Virus record (IMG/VR): IMGVR_UViG_3300036766_002289
Location: 124,001 to 188,000 of that record
Length of the DNA: 64,000 bases
Direction: 5' to 3' (one strand)
The notes below the pieces were generated by a model, which worked only from the letters and a program-made list of their open reading frames with translations, did no database searches and was not told the DNA's origin. A program made the translations under genes and the position numbers. Position 1 is the stretch's first letter. The number at the start of each line of letters is the position of its first letter. Below, in pieces: positions 20,405-30,106 of this stretch.

Positions 20405-20434
20405 TGGCAATTACTGGACAGCTGATTTTGCTAA
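20321..20434. repeat. Perfect 38-bp tandem repeat, 3 copies
   Basis: GGGTTTAATGGCAATTACTGGACAGCTGATTTTGCTAA at 20321, 20359 and 20397. Confidence 0.97.
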
Positions 20435-20453
20435 ATCCTAAGAGAGTATAAAC

Positions 20454-20975
20454 ATGTTTTTCCATAAAAACTTAGTGCAAGAGATTAAAATTAAAACACT
20501 GACAAGGGGTGATTTTACCCTAGCAAGTGGCATTAAGAGCGATTATTACATAGATTTAAGTAAAGTTGTGTTTGGCGGTCGCGGCTTTGGATTAATAACA
20601 GATTGTATTATTCATTCTATTTGTTTGAATAACATAAACAAAATTGGTGGGCCTGCAATTGGTGCAATACCAATTGTTGTAGGGTTAATGTGTCGTTGCG
20701 ATATGGAAGGTTTTATCGTTCGCAAACAAGAAAAAGAATATGGAAAAAAGGATGTAATTGAAGGTTGCCTGGATAAAGGTGATAATGTCATATTGGTAGA
20801 AGACGTAACAACTTCAGGCAATTCATTGCTTAAGGCTGTCAAAGTTGTTCAGGAATTTGGTTGCAACGTAAAACAGGTTGTGTCAGTTTTAGACCGAAAT
20901 CAAGGAGCTACGGAACTGTTTGAAAAAGAAAACATTCCTTTTAAATATTTGGTATCAATTGATGAAGTCCTATAA
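20454..20975 (+). CDS. pyrE: Orotate phosphoribosyltransferase
   Basis: FTLASG..SDYYID, RKQEKEYG, LVEDVTTSG. Confidence 0.9.
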   Translation: MFFHKNLVQEIKIKTLTRGDFTLASGIKSDYYIDLSKVVFGGRGFGLITDCIIHSICLNNINKIGGPAIGAIPIVVGLMCRCDMEGFIVRKQEKEYGKKDVIEGCLDKGDNVILVEDVTTSGNSLLKAVKVVQEFGCNVKQVVSVLDRNQGATELFEKENIPFKYLVSIDEVL

Positions 20976-20982
20976 ATAATGT

Positions 20983-21183
20983 ATGCGAAATTATTGGCTT
21001 GATAGATATCAAGTGGGCAAACGTGTCCGTTATGTCGGACTGCAAACAGATTTATGGGGAAAATTCGGTCGCATAGTTAAAAATCTTAAAGACGGTAACG
21101 TAGAAGTGGAGTTCGAATTTCTTGGAATGTTTACCACCACAAGAAATGTGATTATCAAAAAAACCGAGATTATAGTCTTGTAA
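20983..21183 (+). CDS. Small hypothetical protein, MxNYWLD leader family (SH3/KOW-like)
   Basis: ORF track; VGKRVRYVG...GRIVK. Confidence 0.55.
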   Translation: MRNYWLDRYQVGKRVRYVGLQTDLWGKFGRIVKNLKDGNVEVEFEFLGMFTTTRNVIIKKTEIIVL

Positions 21184-21193
21184 AGGGGCTAAT

Positions 21194-22096
21194 ATGCTTT
21201 TGCAGGAACTTGAAGCTAAAGGACTGATTAAACCACCGTCTTGGCTAAGTAGCAACTGCCATTATATTTCTATTGTTGGTTCAACGGCATACGCTGCGCA
21301 AGATACTAATGGTGGGGATTCTGATTGGGATATAATGGGGATTTGCACACCACGGAAAGAAGTAATTTTCCCCCATCTCGCTGGAGTAATTAAAAATTTT
21401 GGCTATCAAGGTGAGGAGTTTAACGAATGGCAGCAACATAAAGTATTTGACAAAGATGCATTAGGTGGGCATGGCAGAGAATATGATTTTGCTATTTACA
21501 ATATAGTCAAATTTTTCGATCTGCTAATGAACAATAATCCTACTGTTATAGATAGTTTGTTTACCCCAAGAGAGTGTATTTTGCATATCACTGAAGTAGG
21601 CAATATGATTAGAGACAACAGGAAATTATTCTTGAGTAAAAAGTGCTGGGCGAGATATAAAGGTTATGCCATGAGTCAGTTGCATAAAATGGCTGGCAAA
21701 AAACGAAGCGGCAAGAGGAAAATCATTCAAGAAGAATATGGCTGGGATTTGAAATTCGGGATGCACCTTGTAAGACTCCTGTATGAGGCTGAAATGATTC
21801 TAAGTGAAGGTGACATAGATTTACGAAGACACAAAGAACACTTGAAATCTATAAGAAGAGGAGATATGTCTGAAAGTGATGTTCGTAAATGGGCTGCTGA
21901 TAAAGAGCGTCAGCTAGAAGAGGTTTTTACGAAGAGTAAATTACAAGAAGAACCCAATGAAAATGAGATAAAAACTCTTTTAGTCAATTGTCTTGAACAT
22001 CATTATGGCAACATTAAGTCCGCTATAGTGATGCCCGATAGGTATCAGTCAATACTGACTCAGTTTAAGAAAATTTTAGAGGAAAATGGAATTTAA
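21194..22096 (+). CDS. DNA polymerase beta-superfamily nucleotidyltransferase (RlaP/Nuc-transf-like)
   Basis: GSTAY, SDWDIMG, NNPTVID, KFGMHLVRLL. Confidence 0.8.
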   Translation: MLLQELEAKGLIKPPSWLSSNCHYISIVGSTAYAAQDTNGGDSDWDIMGICTPRKEVIFPHLAGVIKNFGYQGEEFNEWQQHKVFDKDALGGHGREYDFAIYNIVKFFDLLMNNNPTVIDSLFTPRECILHITEVGNMIRDNRKLFLSKKCWARYKGYAMSQLHKMAGKKRSGKRKIIQEEYGWDLKFGMHLVRLLYEAEMILSEGDIDLRRHKEHLKSIRRGDMSESDVRKWAADKERQLEEVFTKSKLQEEPNENEIKTLLVNCLEHHYGNIKSAIVMPDRYQSILTQFKKILEENGI

Positions 22097-22154
22097 TTGA
22101 TTTCTCCTATCAATTAGTATATTGAATATATTGTACTAATTGATAGGAGAAATC

Positions 22155-22799
22155 ATGCCAAGTGGTGGGTTAAATAAAGTCAATTTACTAGGCAAAAGAT
22201 TTGGTAAATTAATTGTTGAAGAAGAATCTGGTAGTAGTCCTCGTGGACTAGCATTATGGAAATGCCTATGCGACTGTGGTGAAACATGTATTATATCTGG
22301 ATACTACTTAACACAAGGAAGAAGAAAATCTTGTGGTTGTACAAATTTTAGAAAACGCGGGAAAGAAAATTCTAGATGGACTGGTCATGAAGAAATTAGT
22401 GGTTCCTATTGGAACGCTATTAAAGCAGGAGCTAAAACTAGAAATTTAGAAATGGGAATAACAATAGAATGCGCATGGGATAAGTTTAGTGAACAAAACG
22501 GGAAATGCGCATTAAGTGGCATGGACATATATTTATGCCCTTCATCAGGTTATCAAAGAGCCGATATAGATAGACAAACTGCATCCTTAGACAGAATTGA
22601 TAATAATCTAGGCTATATTGAAAGTAATATTCAATGGGTGCATAAAGATATCAATAGAATTAAAATGGACTTGCCTGTAAAATATTTCGTCTATTTTTGC
22701 AGCATGGTTGCACAACATGCTAAGCTTCCAGAGTTTAAAATTTCCGATGTAGATGTTATTTTTGAAATTAAGGAAATTCTTAATAATGTTGGCATTTAG
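22155..22799 (+). CDS. His-Me finger/HNH homing endonuclease-like protein
   Basis: GKRFGKL, WKCLCDCG, KSCGC, SLDRIDNNLGY..SNIQWV. Confidence 0.8.
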   Translation: MPSGGLNKVNLLGKRFGKLIVEEESGSSPRGLALWKCLCDCGETCIISGYYLTQGRRKSCGCTNFRKRGKENSRWTGHEEISGSYWNAIKAGAKTRNLEMGITIECAWDKFSEQNGKCALSGMDIYLCPSSGYQRADIDRQTASLDRIDNNLGYIESNIQWVHKDINRIKMDLPVKYFVYFCSMVAQHAKLPEFKISDVDVIFEIKEILNNVGI

Positions 22800-22811
22800 A
22801 ATAAATATACT

Positions 22812-23072
22812 GTGAAAAATTATTGGTTAGATAGACGCCCCAAGATCGGTCAAGTATTAGACCCATACAATCCTGACGTATACCAGAAATGGTACATATG
22901 TAAACCAGGCCCTGATGCTAATCTTTTTGCAGGATATGGACATACATCTTTATTTCTACATAAGGATGGCGTCTGGCGTAATACAACTTATAACATGGAA
23001 ACAGAGCAATACTCTGGCTATTATGATTCTTGGGAAGAAGCATACGACACATTAATGAAAAAGGGCAAATGA
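22812..23072 (+). CDS. Small hypothetical protein, MxNYWLD leader family
   Basis: ORF track; GTG start. Confidence 0.55.
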   Translation: MKNYWLDRRPKIGQVLDPYNPDVYQKWYICKPGPDANLFAGYGHTSLFLHKDGVWRNTTYNMETEQYSGYYDSWEEAYDTLMKKGK

Positions 23073-23215
23073 AAAACTATTGGCTTGATAAAAAGAAAGT
23101 ACAGGAAGAAAAAGAAAAATTCAAAGGTCTTTTTCAAGAACCCGCTAAGTATGGTTACTATAGACCTAGAAGATTCAATCTTATGCCAAAAGCATTCTAT
23201 TATCCTAAAACATAG
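23069..23215 (+). CDS. Small hypothetical protein, MxNYWLD leader family
   Basis: ATG overlaps the upstream stop; reads MKNYWLDKKK. Confidence 0.5.
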   Translation: MKNYWLDKKKVQEEKEKFKGLFQEPAKYGYYRPRRFNLMPKAFYYPKT

Positions 23216-24165
23216 TCCACAAAATGGTATGCAAGGGGTGGAATGACTTCTTTCTTGGCCATCTCAAATGAAGTTTGATAATGTGCTTTAATTCTTTCTG
23301 AAATAACTGGAGTATTGGTAAAAAATGGCTCGATTTTATCATGCTTTACATTAGGCCCGAGAGTAACTCTTAGCCCAGCTGCTTTAAACAGTTCCTCATA
23401 TTCCTGAACAGGATGCTTGATGAGTTTAACTTTGTCCTGTTTGTGCCCCATTTGTTCTAACTCTTGTCTAGTAAAAACTATGTGTGCAAATGCTTTGTTT
23501 AATTGATGATAAAGATGAGTCCCATGACGTGAACACCAAGGATGGCATCTAACGTATATTTTCCCATTAGGAGCCAAAGTTGTTTTAATCTTTTTTAATT
23601 GTTCTACGATCTCGTTATTTGACATAACCATGTGGTCTATAACATCATACATCAATATTACGTTATAGGGACCAGAGCTTTTTACTATATTCCAGTCATC
23701 TGTGTATATAACATTAGAAGTTTTCTCCCAACTATCCCATTTGGGAGATTTAACAGTGTCATAAGCTACTGATAACTTAGGGTTTTGTAGTCTCGACCTA
23801 TTGATAACATGTCCTTCCCCACAACCGAAATCAAGGAGTTTCAATCCTTCTAGATGTATTTCAATGATTATTTCAAGTATACCTTCTGCCCGTTCCTCTT
23901 TCATGATTTCTGAATCGCAGATTAGAGATGGATCAACAGCAGGTGGCCAATTAGAGGAGTGAAGTAAATTAGTCAATTCTTTCATTGTTGGATCGGTAGT
24001 TTCTAGTGATTTGACTAATTCTACATCCATTGCTTCAGCTAATTGCTCTAGTTGGGCGGGTGGTAAATGACCGCCATTTTTCAATTTGCCCATTAATTCT
24101 TGGATTTGTGCATCTTTATCTTGTAAGGTTCTTTCAAGCTCGGCTAATTTATCATTGATTTCCAT
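23200..24165 (-). CDS. Coiled-coil N-terminus plus class I SAM methyltransferase
   Basis: LLDFGCGEG, YDVIDH, LAPNG. Confidence 0.7.
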   Translation of the reverse strand: MEINDKLAELERTLQDKDAQIQELMGKLKNGGHLPPAQLEQLAEAMDVELVKSLETTDPTMKELTNLLHSSNWPPAVDPSLICDSEIMKEERAEGILEIIIEIHLEGLKLLDFGCGEGHVINRSRLQNPKLSVAYDTVKSPKWDSWEKTSNVIYTDDWNIVKSSGPYNVILMYDVIDHMVMSNNEIVEQLKKIKTTLAPNGKIYVRCHPWCSRHGTHLYHQLNKAFAHIVFTRQELEQMGHKQDKVKLIKHPVQEYEELFKAAGLRVTLGPNVKHDKIEPFFTNTPVISERIKAHYQTSFEMAKKEVIPPLAYHFVDYVLG

Positions 24166-24196
24166 TTTTCCCTCTATTGTATTATAATAATAGCGT

Positions 24197-25003
24197 ATGA
24201 AAATTACCGCGATTTTAAATGCAGCTAGTGCCCCTATAACACTGGACACTTTGGATTCTATACGATATTACATGACCGATCAGGTTATGGTCTTGATAGA
24301 TGGTTTTGCTTGGCATTCCTTTGATAAAGTGGAGCTTCCTGCTCATAAACTGAAAGGACTTAATCATGGGTGGTTTAAATCACCTTACCGTAATATAATA
24401 TTAAGTCTTTTAACTGCCTATCGTAACTTCCCAACAACCGATTGGTATTGTTATTTAGAGCATGATTGCCTAATTAGTTCTTCTAATTTCAAAAAAGATT
24501 TGATCGAAGCTGAGAAAAATAACGTTTGGTGCCTTGGGAGCGATTTTAGAAGGAATCAAGAAGAAAAAGTTAATTTATCCTATTTAGAAAAGATTATTAA
24601 AGATAAATTAAAAGAAAATACCTATTTATTAGGTGCGTGTATATTCTATCATAGGAACTTTATTAAGTTAGCGGTAGAAACTGAATTTTTTGACAAGTTT
24701 TTGTTTTACACAAATGAATTCAAAAACGGGTTTTTCCCGTTTTATTCAGCTTGGGACTTGACAGAACACGTTTTGCCGACTATGGTAGTGTATTACGGCG
24801 GTGAGATAAGTCAACTTTCAGTCTACAATGAAGCGGCTCATCTTTGGGCAGGAAACTATAGGCGATACCCAATAAGGTATCGGCCAGATATTGAGTATGA
24901 TACAGAGTTGTTTCTTCAAGCTTCAATTATACACCCACTAAAAACTTTGAATCACCCTATAAGGGATTTTTATAGGTCGAAAAGACAAAAGGAGGAAGTC
25001 TAA
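24197..25003 (+). CDS. Hypothetical protein (possibly GT-A-like)
   Basis: Long ORF; YLEHDC resembles a DxD variant. Confidence 0.45.
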   Translation: MKITAILNAASAPITLDTLDSIRYYMTDQVMVLIDGFAWHSFDKVELPAHKLKGLNHGWFKSPYRNIILSLLTAYRNFPTTDWYCYLEHDCLISSSNFKKDLIEAEKNNVWCLGSDFRRNQEEKVNLSYLEKIIKDKLKENTYLLGACIFYHRNFIKLAVETEFFDKFLFYTNEFKNGFFPFYSAWDLTEHVLPTMVVYYGGEISQLSVYNEAAHLWAGNYRRYPIRYRPDIEYDTELFLQASIIHPLKTLNHPIRDFYRSKRQKEEV

Positions 25004-25323
25004 TGGAAAGACTATTTTTAGATAACGTGGCCCATATCGGGCGTGAGATATTCGAGGATATCGCAAACAAGCACGAAGATGATGAATTCTTGCCAGAAGT
25101 CACTTCAGCAAACCCAAATTTGCACAGGGAAACTAATGCAGTGTTAGCTTCTTATTGTGAACTTCTGGCTGAATTAAGCGAAGTTTTTGTTCTTCATGGA
25201 CTTTGTAAAATAAGTGCAATGTCGAAACTAGCTAAACTAAAATCCAAATTGAAGGAAAACCGTAAGAAGGAAAATACTTTATTTTGGAAAACATTTAACC
25301 TTGAGATTGGTGGGGATCATTAA
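25003..25323 (+). CDS. Hypothetical protein
   Basis: Coupled ORF with GGAGG ribosome-binding site. Confidence 0.55.
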   Translation: MERLFLDNVAHIGREIFEDIANKHEDDEFLPEVTSANPNLHRETNAVLASYCELLAELSEVFVLHGLCKISAMSKLAKLKSKLKENRKKENTLFWKTFNLEIGGDH

Positions 25324-25541
25324 AACATCTACAACAATCCAGGCAATTTTTGCAAATGCTGCATTCGTCCAAAGGCTCACCATAAGTTCTTAAAACATCT
25401 TCATCATCTAATAACATGATTGCATATGAAAAACTTGATTTGCAGCATTTGCAAAAATCGAAATTCCTGTGAAATGCTCCCATGTTCTATTTATGCCCCG
25501 AAATCCACTTTACAAACGCGGATTTCGTGCTAGAGTCTAGT

Positions 25542-26174
25542 ATGACTTACATTTTCCCACCAAGACCGAAAGGTGCAGTGCCGCCACATGACCTCCCTTA
25601 TTTTGAAAAACAGGGGAAGTGGTGTGTGCAACCCAAGCTTAAGGGGGCACGGTGCGTAATCACCATTTCGGAAGATTCCGTGGTCGAATGCTATGGCAGG
25701 CATGGGCAGGATTTCTTGGCTTATTCGATGCCACAATCTCTAAGAAATGAAATTTTGGCATTGCCAGGTCTCAAAAAAGGTGTTAAGTACGTATTTGACA
25801 GCGAATTGATGATTAAGACCAAAGCAGAAGACACCAAGGGCAAAATTATCCTGTTTGATATTCTTCAAGAGGGTAATTATTTCTTCTACACTTTGAATCA
25901 AAAACAAAGGCTAGAATTGCTTGATGAGATTTGCGGCAAGCCAAGGAAGCTAGACCCGTGGCGTGGAATGGTCTATTACATTTCAGAAAACGTGCTAATG
26001 GCTCCCACTTATTTTTCAAAATTCAAGGAAGAATTCGAGAAAGATTTAGGTGAAGAAGTAGAGGGAGTTGTCTTACGTAAACTGGATTCTGTGATTGATA
26101 ACTTTGGTGGAAAAGAGTATTTAGTAGATTGGATGATTCGGTGTCGTAGACCAGCGAAGCATTGTAACTTCTAA
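25542..26174 (+). CDS. ATP-dependent ligase/capping-enzyme superfamily nucleotidyltransferase domain
   Basis: Motif I QPKLKGAR, III FDSEL, IIIa LFDIL, IV EGVVLRK, V WMIRCR. Confidence 0.7.
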   Translation: MTYIFPPRPKGAVPPHDLPYFEKQGKWCVQPKLKGARCVITISEDSVVECYGRHGQDFLAYSMPQSLRNEILALPGLKKGVKYVFDSELMIKTKAEDTKGKIILFDILQEGNYFFYTLNQKQRLELLDEICGKPRKLDPWRGMVYYISENVLMAPTYFSKFKEEFEKDLGEEVEGVVLRKLDSVIDNFGGKEYLVDWMIRCRRPAKHCNF

Positions 26175-26184
26175 GGAGTTAAAG

Positions 26185-27372
26185 ATGGAATTGTCAAAGG
26201 TTGCAGTAGTTGATGGTAAGGAATTTGAAATCCCTGAAGGCTTTACCCCATTGGGCGAAGATGGTCTGTTTCTTGCTGATTTCGATTTACTCGAATTGGC
26301 GGAAGAACCAGATTTACTTGAAGTTGGTAAGGAAGGGGATATTCAATTTTTTAATCCCCGTCATTTGGGTAAGTCTGACGAAGATGCTGTCAAGGGACAG
26401 GGTTTCAACAAGGATGAGATGCACGAATTGCTGAATGACATTCAGCGTAATGGCCTAGAATATCACCTTTGCGGTTTTTGGACTGAGAAAGATGGTAAGG
26501 TCAAAGCCAAGGTCAATGATGGTGAACGGCGTTGGCGCTGTGTGGATCGTATGCGTGCTAAGGATGAGAAGGTTTGGTCCCCAGCTTCTCAGCAATTCAT
26601 GTCCGCTAAGGATGTGTATGCCAAGATTCCGATTAAGATCAAGCCCATGAGCCAGGAAGAAGCTTTGATGAGGGCATGTGCAGTAAGCGAGACTGCTATC
26701 AAGTGGGGCGATGCGGCGATGGCACGTCTCATTAAGGCCCTGTATGCTAAGGGTAAGGGTGATGAAGCTGTTTGTAAGTTGGTCAATAAGGGAAAGCAAT
26801 GGGTCGCTGAAACCTATTCCCTCAATGACCTTGACGAAGTTTGCTTTGGCTATTTGCTTAGCAATAAGATCAACCGCACTGTCGCTAAGCAGTTATTGAA
26901 GATCGCTGTCATAGCTGACCGTCAGCGGATTTGTGCTGACGCTTTCAAGGATGCAGTGGACAATCATGCTACCGAAGTGGTTGAGGCTGAAAAGGCTGTC
27001 GAAAAAGCAGAAGATAAGGAAGAATTGGCACGGGCAGAACTCGCAGAAGCCAAACTCAATGGTGCTGCCCCAGAGATTATTGAAGAATTAGAGCAGAAGA
27101 TTGTTGAGGCTGGCGAGAAGATTAAAACTAAGAAGCGCAACAAGGCCGCTTCCGCTAAGCCAATGGCCAAGACCAAGAACCTCCGCAACGCTACAGGCGG
27201 TTCTAAGTCCATGACTGCTGCAAAGATGAGCAAGCAGTTGAGTCGTGTCAAGGATTTGATTGATAAGAATGATGAGACCAATGCTCCTATCGCTACGCTC
27301 AAGGTTGTTCAGGTCGTTCTGAGCGCTTTGCTGCAAGGTGATGATATCTTGGAAGCATTGAAGTCTGTTTGA
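26185..27372 (+). CDS. ParB/Srx-like N-terminal domain plus coiled-coil protein
   Basis: IQRNGL, NDGERRWRC; followed by a terminator. Confidence 0.6.
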   Translation: MELSKVAVVDGKEFEIPEGFTPLGEDGLFLADFDLLELAEEPDLLEVGKEGDIQFFNPRHLGKSDEDAVKGQGFNKDEMHELLNDIQRNGLEYHLCGFWTEKDGKVKAKVNDGERRWRCVDRMRAKDEKVWSPASQQFMSAKDVYAKIPIKIKPMSQEEALMRACAVSETAIKWGDAAMARLIKALYAKGKGDEAVCKLVNKGKQWVAETYSLNDLDEVCFGYLLSNKINRTVAKQLLKIAVIADRQRICADAFKDAVDNHATEVVEAEKAVEKAEDKEELARAELAEAKLNGAAPEIIEELEQKIVEAGEKIKTKKRNKAASAKPMAKTKNLRNATGGSKSMTAAKMSKQLSRVKDLIDKNDETNAPIATLKVVQVVLSALLQGDDILEALKSV

Positions 27373-27392
27373 TAGTTATCAAGCTGGTGTGG

Positions 27393-27426
27393 AAAAAGGC
27401 TCAACAGTAAAATGTTGAGCCTTTTT
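27393..27426 (+). terminator. Intrinsic terminator
   Basis: AAAAAGGCTCAACA-GTAAAA-TGTTGAGCCTTTTT. Confidence 0.85.
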
Positions 27427-27450
27427 CATTTAATATTCATATATAAATTG

Positions 27451-27735
27451 ATGATCCTTGTGTGCCCATTCTGTGGGACTGAAATTCAAGAAGCCTTGAT
27501 TAATGGATTGGCATCTTGCCAGAATTGTAAACGAGTGTTCGATAGTTGCTTGCCAAATAGACTCTTATCTGCTTCATGGCTAGTTCGAAAGAATAGTTAT
27601 CATGGCATTGCAGAATTAATTTCCGATACTAAGCTACCAGAACACGAAGCCATTTTAGTCTACACATTCGTAGTAGACAATTGCTATTCACAAGAAGAAT
27701 TTCAAAAAGCCATCAAAGACTTGGGCATCCATTGA
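27451..27735 (+). CDS. Hypothetical Zn-ribbon protein
   Basis: CPFC...CQNC. Confidence 0.55.
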   Translation: MILVCPFCGTEIQEALINGLASCQNCKRVFDSCLPNRLLSASWLVRKNSYHGIAELISDTKLPEHEAILVYTFVVDNCYSQEEFQKAIKDLGIH

Positions 27736-27759
27736 CAAATATATCTGAATCATTACAAT
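27732..27759 (+). promoter_or_regulatory. Sigma70-type promoter
   Basis: TTGACA-N16-TACAAT. Confidence 0.7.
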
Positions 27760-27766
27760 AAGAAAC

Positions 27767-28279
27767 ATGAACCCAAAAATTCACATATTGTGCGGGATGA
27801 TCGCGTCGGGGAAAAGTACGTATTGCCAGTCAGTAGCTAAGGCTGGCATAATATCAATGAATGATGATGCTGTCGTAAATCTATTACACGGCAATAATTA
27901 TTCACTTTATGACAAGGATTTGAAAATTCTTTACAAGTCCATTGAGACATCTATAGTTAGCCTAGTTTTGTGCCACGGCAAGATCGTGGCCATAGATCGT
28001 GGTGTGAACATCAGTACGTCAAGTAGGAAGCGATGGGTTGCACTTGCTCATAGTTATGACGTGCCATGTGAAGCTATCGTTTTCCCAAAAAGTTCTCCAG
28101 AGGTCCATGCACAACGCCGAGCAAGTCATGATGGTCGAGGCCATGATTATGATTACTGGTTGATGGTTGCAAAACATCATGATTCAATATATAATGAACC
28201 TTCCTTAGAAGAAGGATTTGACAATATTCATAAAATCAGTTATGAACAGATTTTAGCAGGGAGGGTTATAGATGGCTAG
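27767..28279 (+). CDS. AAA_33/polynucleotide kinase-like P-loop kinase
   Basis: GMIASGKST, IDRG N, R...RA. Confidence 0.75.
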   Translation: MNPKIHILCGMIASGKSTYCQSVAKAGIISMNDDAVVNLLHGNNYSLYDKDLKILYKSIETSIVSLVLCHGKIVAIDRGVNISTSSRKRWVALAHSYDVPCEAIVFPKSSPEVHAQRRASHDGRGHDYDYWLMVAKHHDSIYNEPSLEEGFDNIHKISYEQILAGRVIDG

Positions 28280-29132
28280 GTTATTAGATGGATTAGCTCT
28301 GGCAAAACAATATAAGACCAATCTTAGGGAAATGTTAGACCATCGCAGAACCAAACCAAGATTAGATGTGATCCTAGTTGGAGATAACCCAGCAAGTAAA
28401 ATTTATGTAAGTAAGAAGGTAGAAGCATGTAGAGAAGTTGGTATAGAATCTGTTACGCACAATTGTTCTTGTGATAATTTGTGGGACGCTTTCGGTCTAA
28501 CAAAACAATGTATAACTAACCTAAATAAAAATTCAAAAGTTAATGGCATACTCGTTCAATTGCCGCTGCCATTCCCAACTGAAGAAATTTTCGACTTGAT
28601 TGCCCCAGAAAAAGATGTCGATGTTTTTTCACCTGTGAATGTTGGTTTGTTAGTACAAAATAGACCAAGATTTCTGCCACCAACACCACTAGCAGTACAA
28701 AAATTAATATTAGATAATGGATTTATATTAAAAGGCAGGCATGTTGTAGTTATCAACCGCAGTAATGTGGTAGGATTGCCACTTTCTTCCATGCTTATCC
28801 AAGATAATGTTTTGGCTAATGCTACTGTTACCGTATGTCATGATAATACGCCATCCGAAATTCTAAAACAAATTTGTTTATCTGCTGATATAATAGTTGT
28901 CGCTGTAGGTATTCCTAATTTTCTAACATTAGACATGGTTAAAGAACATCAAGTAATCATAGATGTTGGAATTACTAGAATTGGTAAAAGGGTTGTTGGA
29001 GATGTACATCCAGCAGTCAAGGATAAAGTTCTTGCCATTTCACCTGTTCCAGGGGGCGTTGGGCCTTTAACAGTCGCCATGCTTTTATATAACACTGCCG
29101 ATGCTGCTCATTTTCAAAAGGAAGGCGAATAA
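28272..29132 (+). CDS. folD: Bifunctional methylene-THF dehydrogenase/cyclohydrolase
   Basis: VGDNPASKIYV, GILVQLPLP, KDVD, NRSNVVGLPL, PVPGGVGP. Confidence 0.95.
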   Translation: MARLLDGLALAKQYKTNLREMLDHRRTKPRLDVILVGDNPASKIYVSKKVEACREVGIESVTHNCSCDNLWDAFGLTKQCITNLNKNSKVNGILVQLPLPFPTEEIFDLIAPEKDVDVFSPVNVGLLVQNRPRFLPPTPLAVQKLILDNGFILKGRHVVVINRSNVVGLPLSSMLIQDNVLANATVTVCHDNTPSEILKQICLSADIIVVAVGIPNFLTLDMVKEHQVIIDVGITRIGKRVVGDVHPAVKDKVLAISPVPGGVGPLTVAMLLYNTADAAHFQKEGE

Positions 29133-30106
29133 TGAAAATCAGAATTTTTGGATTAAACGCTGATAAGATTTTTACTGAGTCTATATGTGACTACCTTGAT
29201 GCCGCCCCATCACCACATACTGAGAAGTATTTCCCTGATAGGGAGCCATATCTTAAATCTGATGTAAACGTGCGTGGAGATGATGTATATGTTGTCGCAT
29301 CTTTATACACAGACGAAAACGAAAGCGTAAATGACAAATTTGCAAAATTGCTAATATTCATTGGTTCTCTAAAAGATGCGTCTGCCGCCAGAATAAATTT
29401 AGTTGCACCATATTTGCCTTTTCAGCGGGCAGATAGGAAAACAGAAAGCCGTGCCCCGATTACAACCAAATATTTTGCAACAATGCTGGAAGCGGTAGGA
29501 ACAAATCGTGTTTTATCAATGGATGTTCATAATTTAAGTGTTTTCCAGAATTCTTTCAGGATTCCGACTGACAATCTTGAAGCTAGGAACTTGATGGTGG
29601 ATTATGTTACTTCAGAATTCAAAGACCAAGAGGCGGATATTTCTATTTTATCCCCAGATAGTGGCGGGGTTGGTAGGGCAGATCGTTTCAGAAAAAGACT
29701 TGCTATAAAAATGAACAGGAAAATTGATCTTTCCCATATGGGCAAGATTAGAGAAGGCACAATTGTACATGGAGACGAGATTACTGGTGATATAGAAGGC
29801 AAAGTTGTTTTGGTGGTCGATGATATGATTGCAAGTGGTTCTACGCTTGTAACTGCTGCTGGTACTGTGGAAAAACATGGCGGGAAGCTTTGGGCTGCTT
29901 GCGCCACCCATCCACTTTTCATAGGGAATGTGAATGACAACTTAATAAAAATAAATAGGATCGTTGTGACTGATACCATTATTCCTTCAAAAATCTCTGA
30001 CCAAGTAAAGAATAAATTGAAGGTTCTTTCAACCACTAAGTTGTTTGCTAGAGCAATCCGTAGGATTCATGACCAAGGTGGTTCAATTAGTGATCTTCTG
30101 AAATAG
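29132..30106 (+). CDS. prs: Ribose-phosphate pyrophosphokinase
   Basis: PYLPFQRADRK, MDVH, SPDSGG, VDDMIASGST. Confidence 0.92.
   Translation: MKIRIFGLNADKIFTESICDYLDAAPSPHTEKYFPDREPYLKSDVNVRGDDVYVVASLYTDENESVNDKFAKLLIFIGSLKDASAARINLVAPYLPFQRADRKTESRAPITTKYFATMLEAVGTNRVLSMDVHNLSVFQNSFRIPTDNLEARNLMVDYVTSEFKDQEADISILSPDSGGVGRADRFRKRLAIKMNRKIDLSHMGKIREGTIVHGDEITGDIEGKVVLVVDDMIASGSTLVTAAGTVEKHGGKLWAACATHPLFIGNVNDNLIKINRIVVTDTIIPSKISDQVKNKLKVLSTTKLFARAIRRIHDQGGSISDLLK

Noticed and set aside
20321-20434. CRISPR array
   Set aside because: The 38-bp units are head-to-tail with no spacers and lie inside a coding end; no cas genes are present.
29132-30106. NARP1 NAD-reconstitution pathway (Adps)
   Set aside because: No Namat/Nampt-like partner is in the window, and the gene is coupled to folD with pyrE nearby. 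It looks like an ordinary Prs, though a partner outside the window cannot be excluded.
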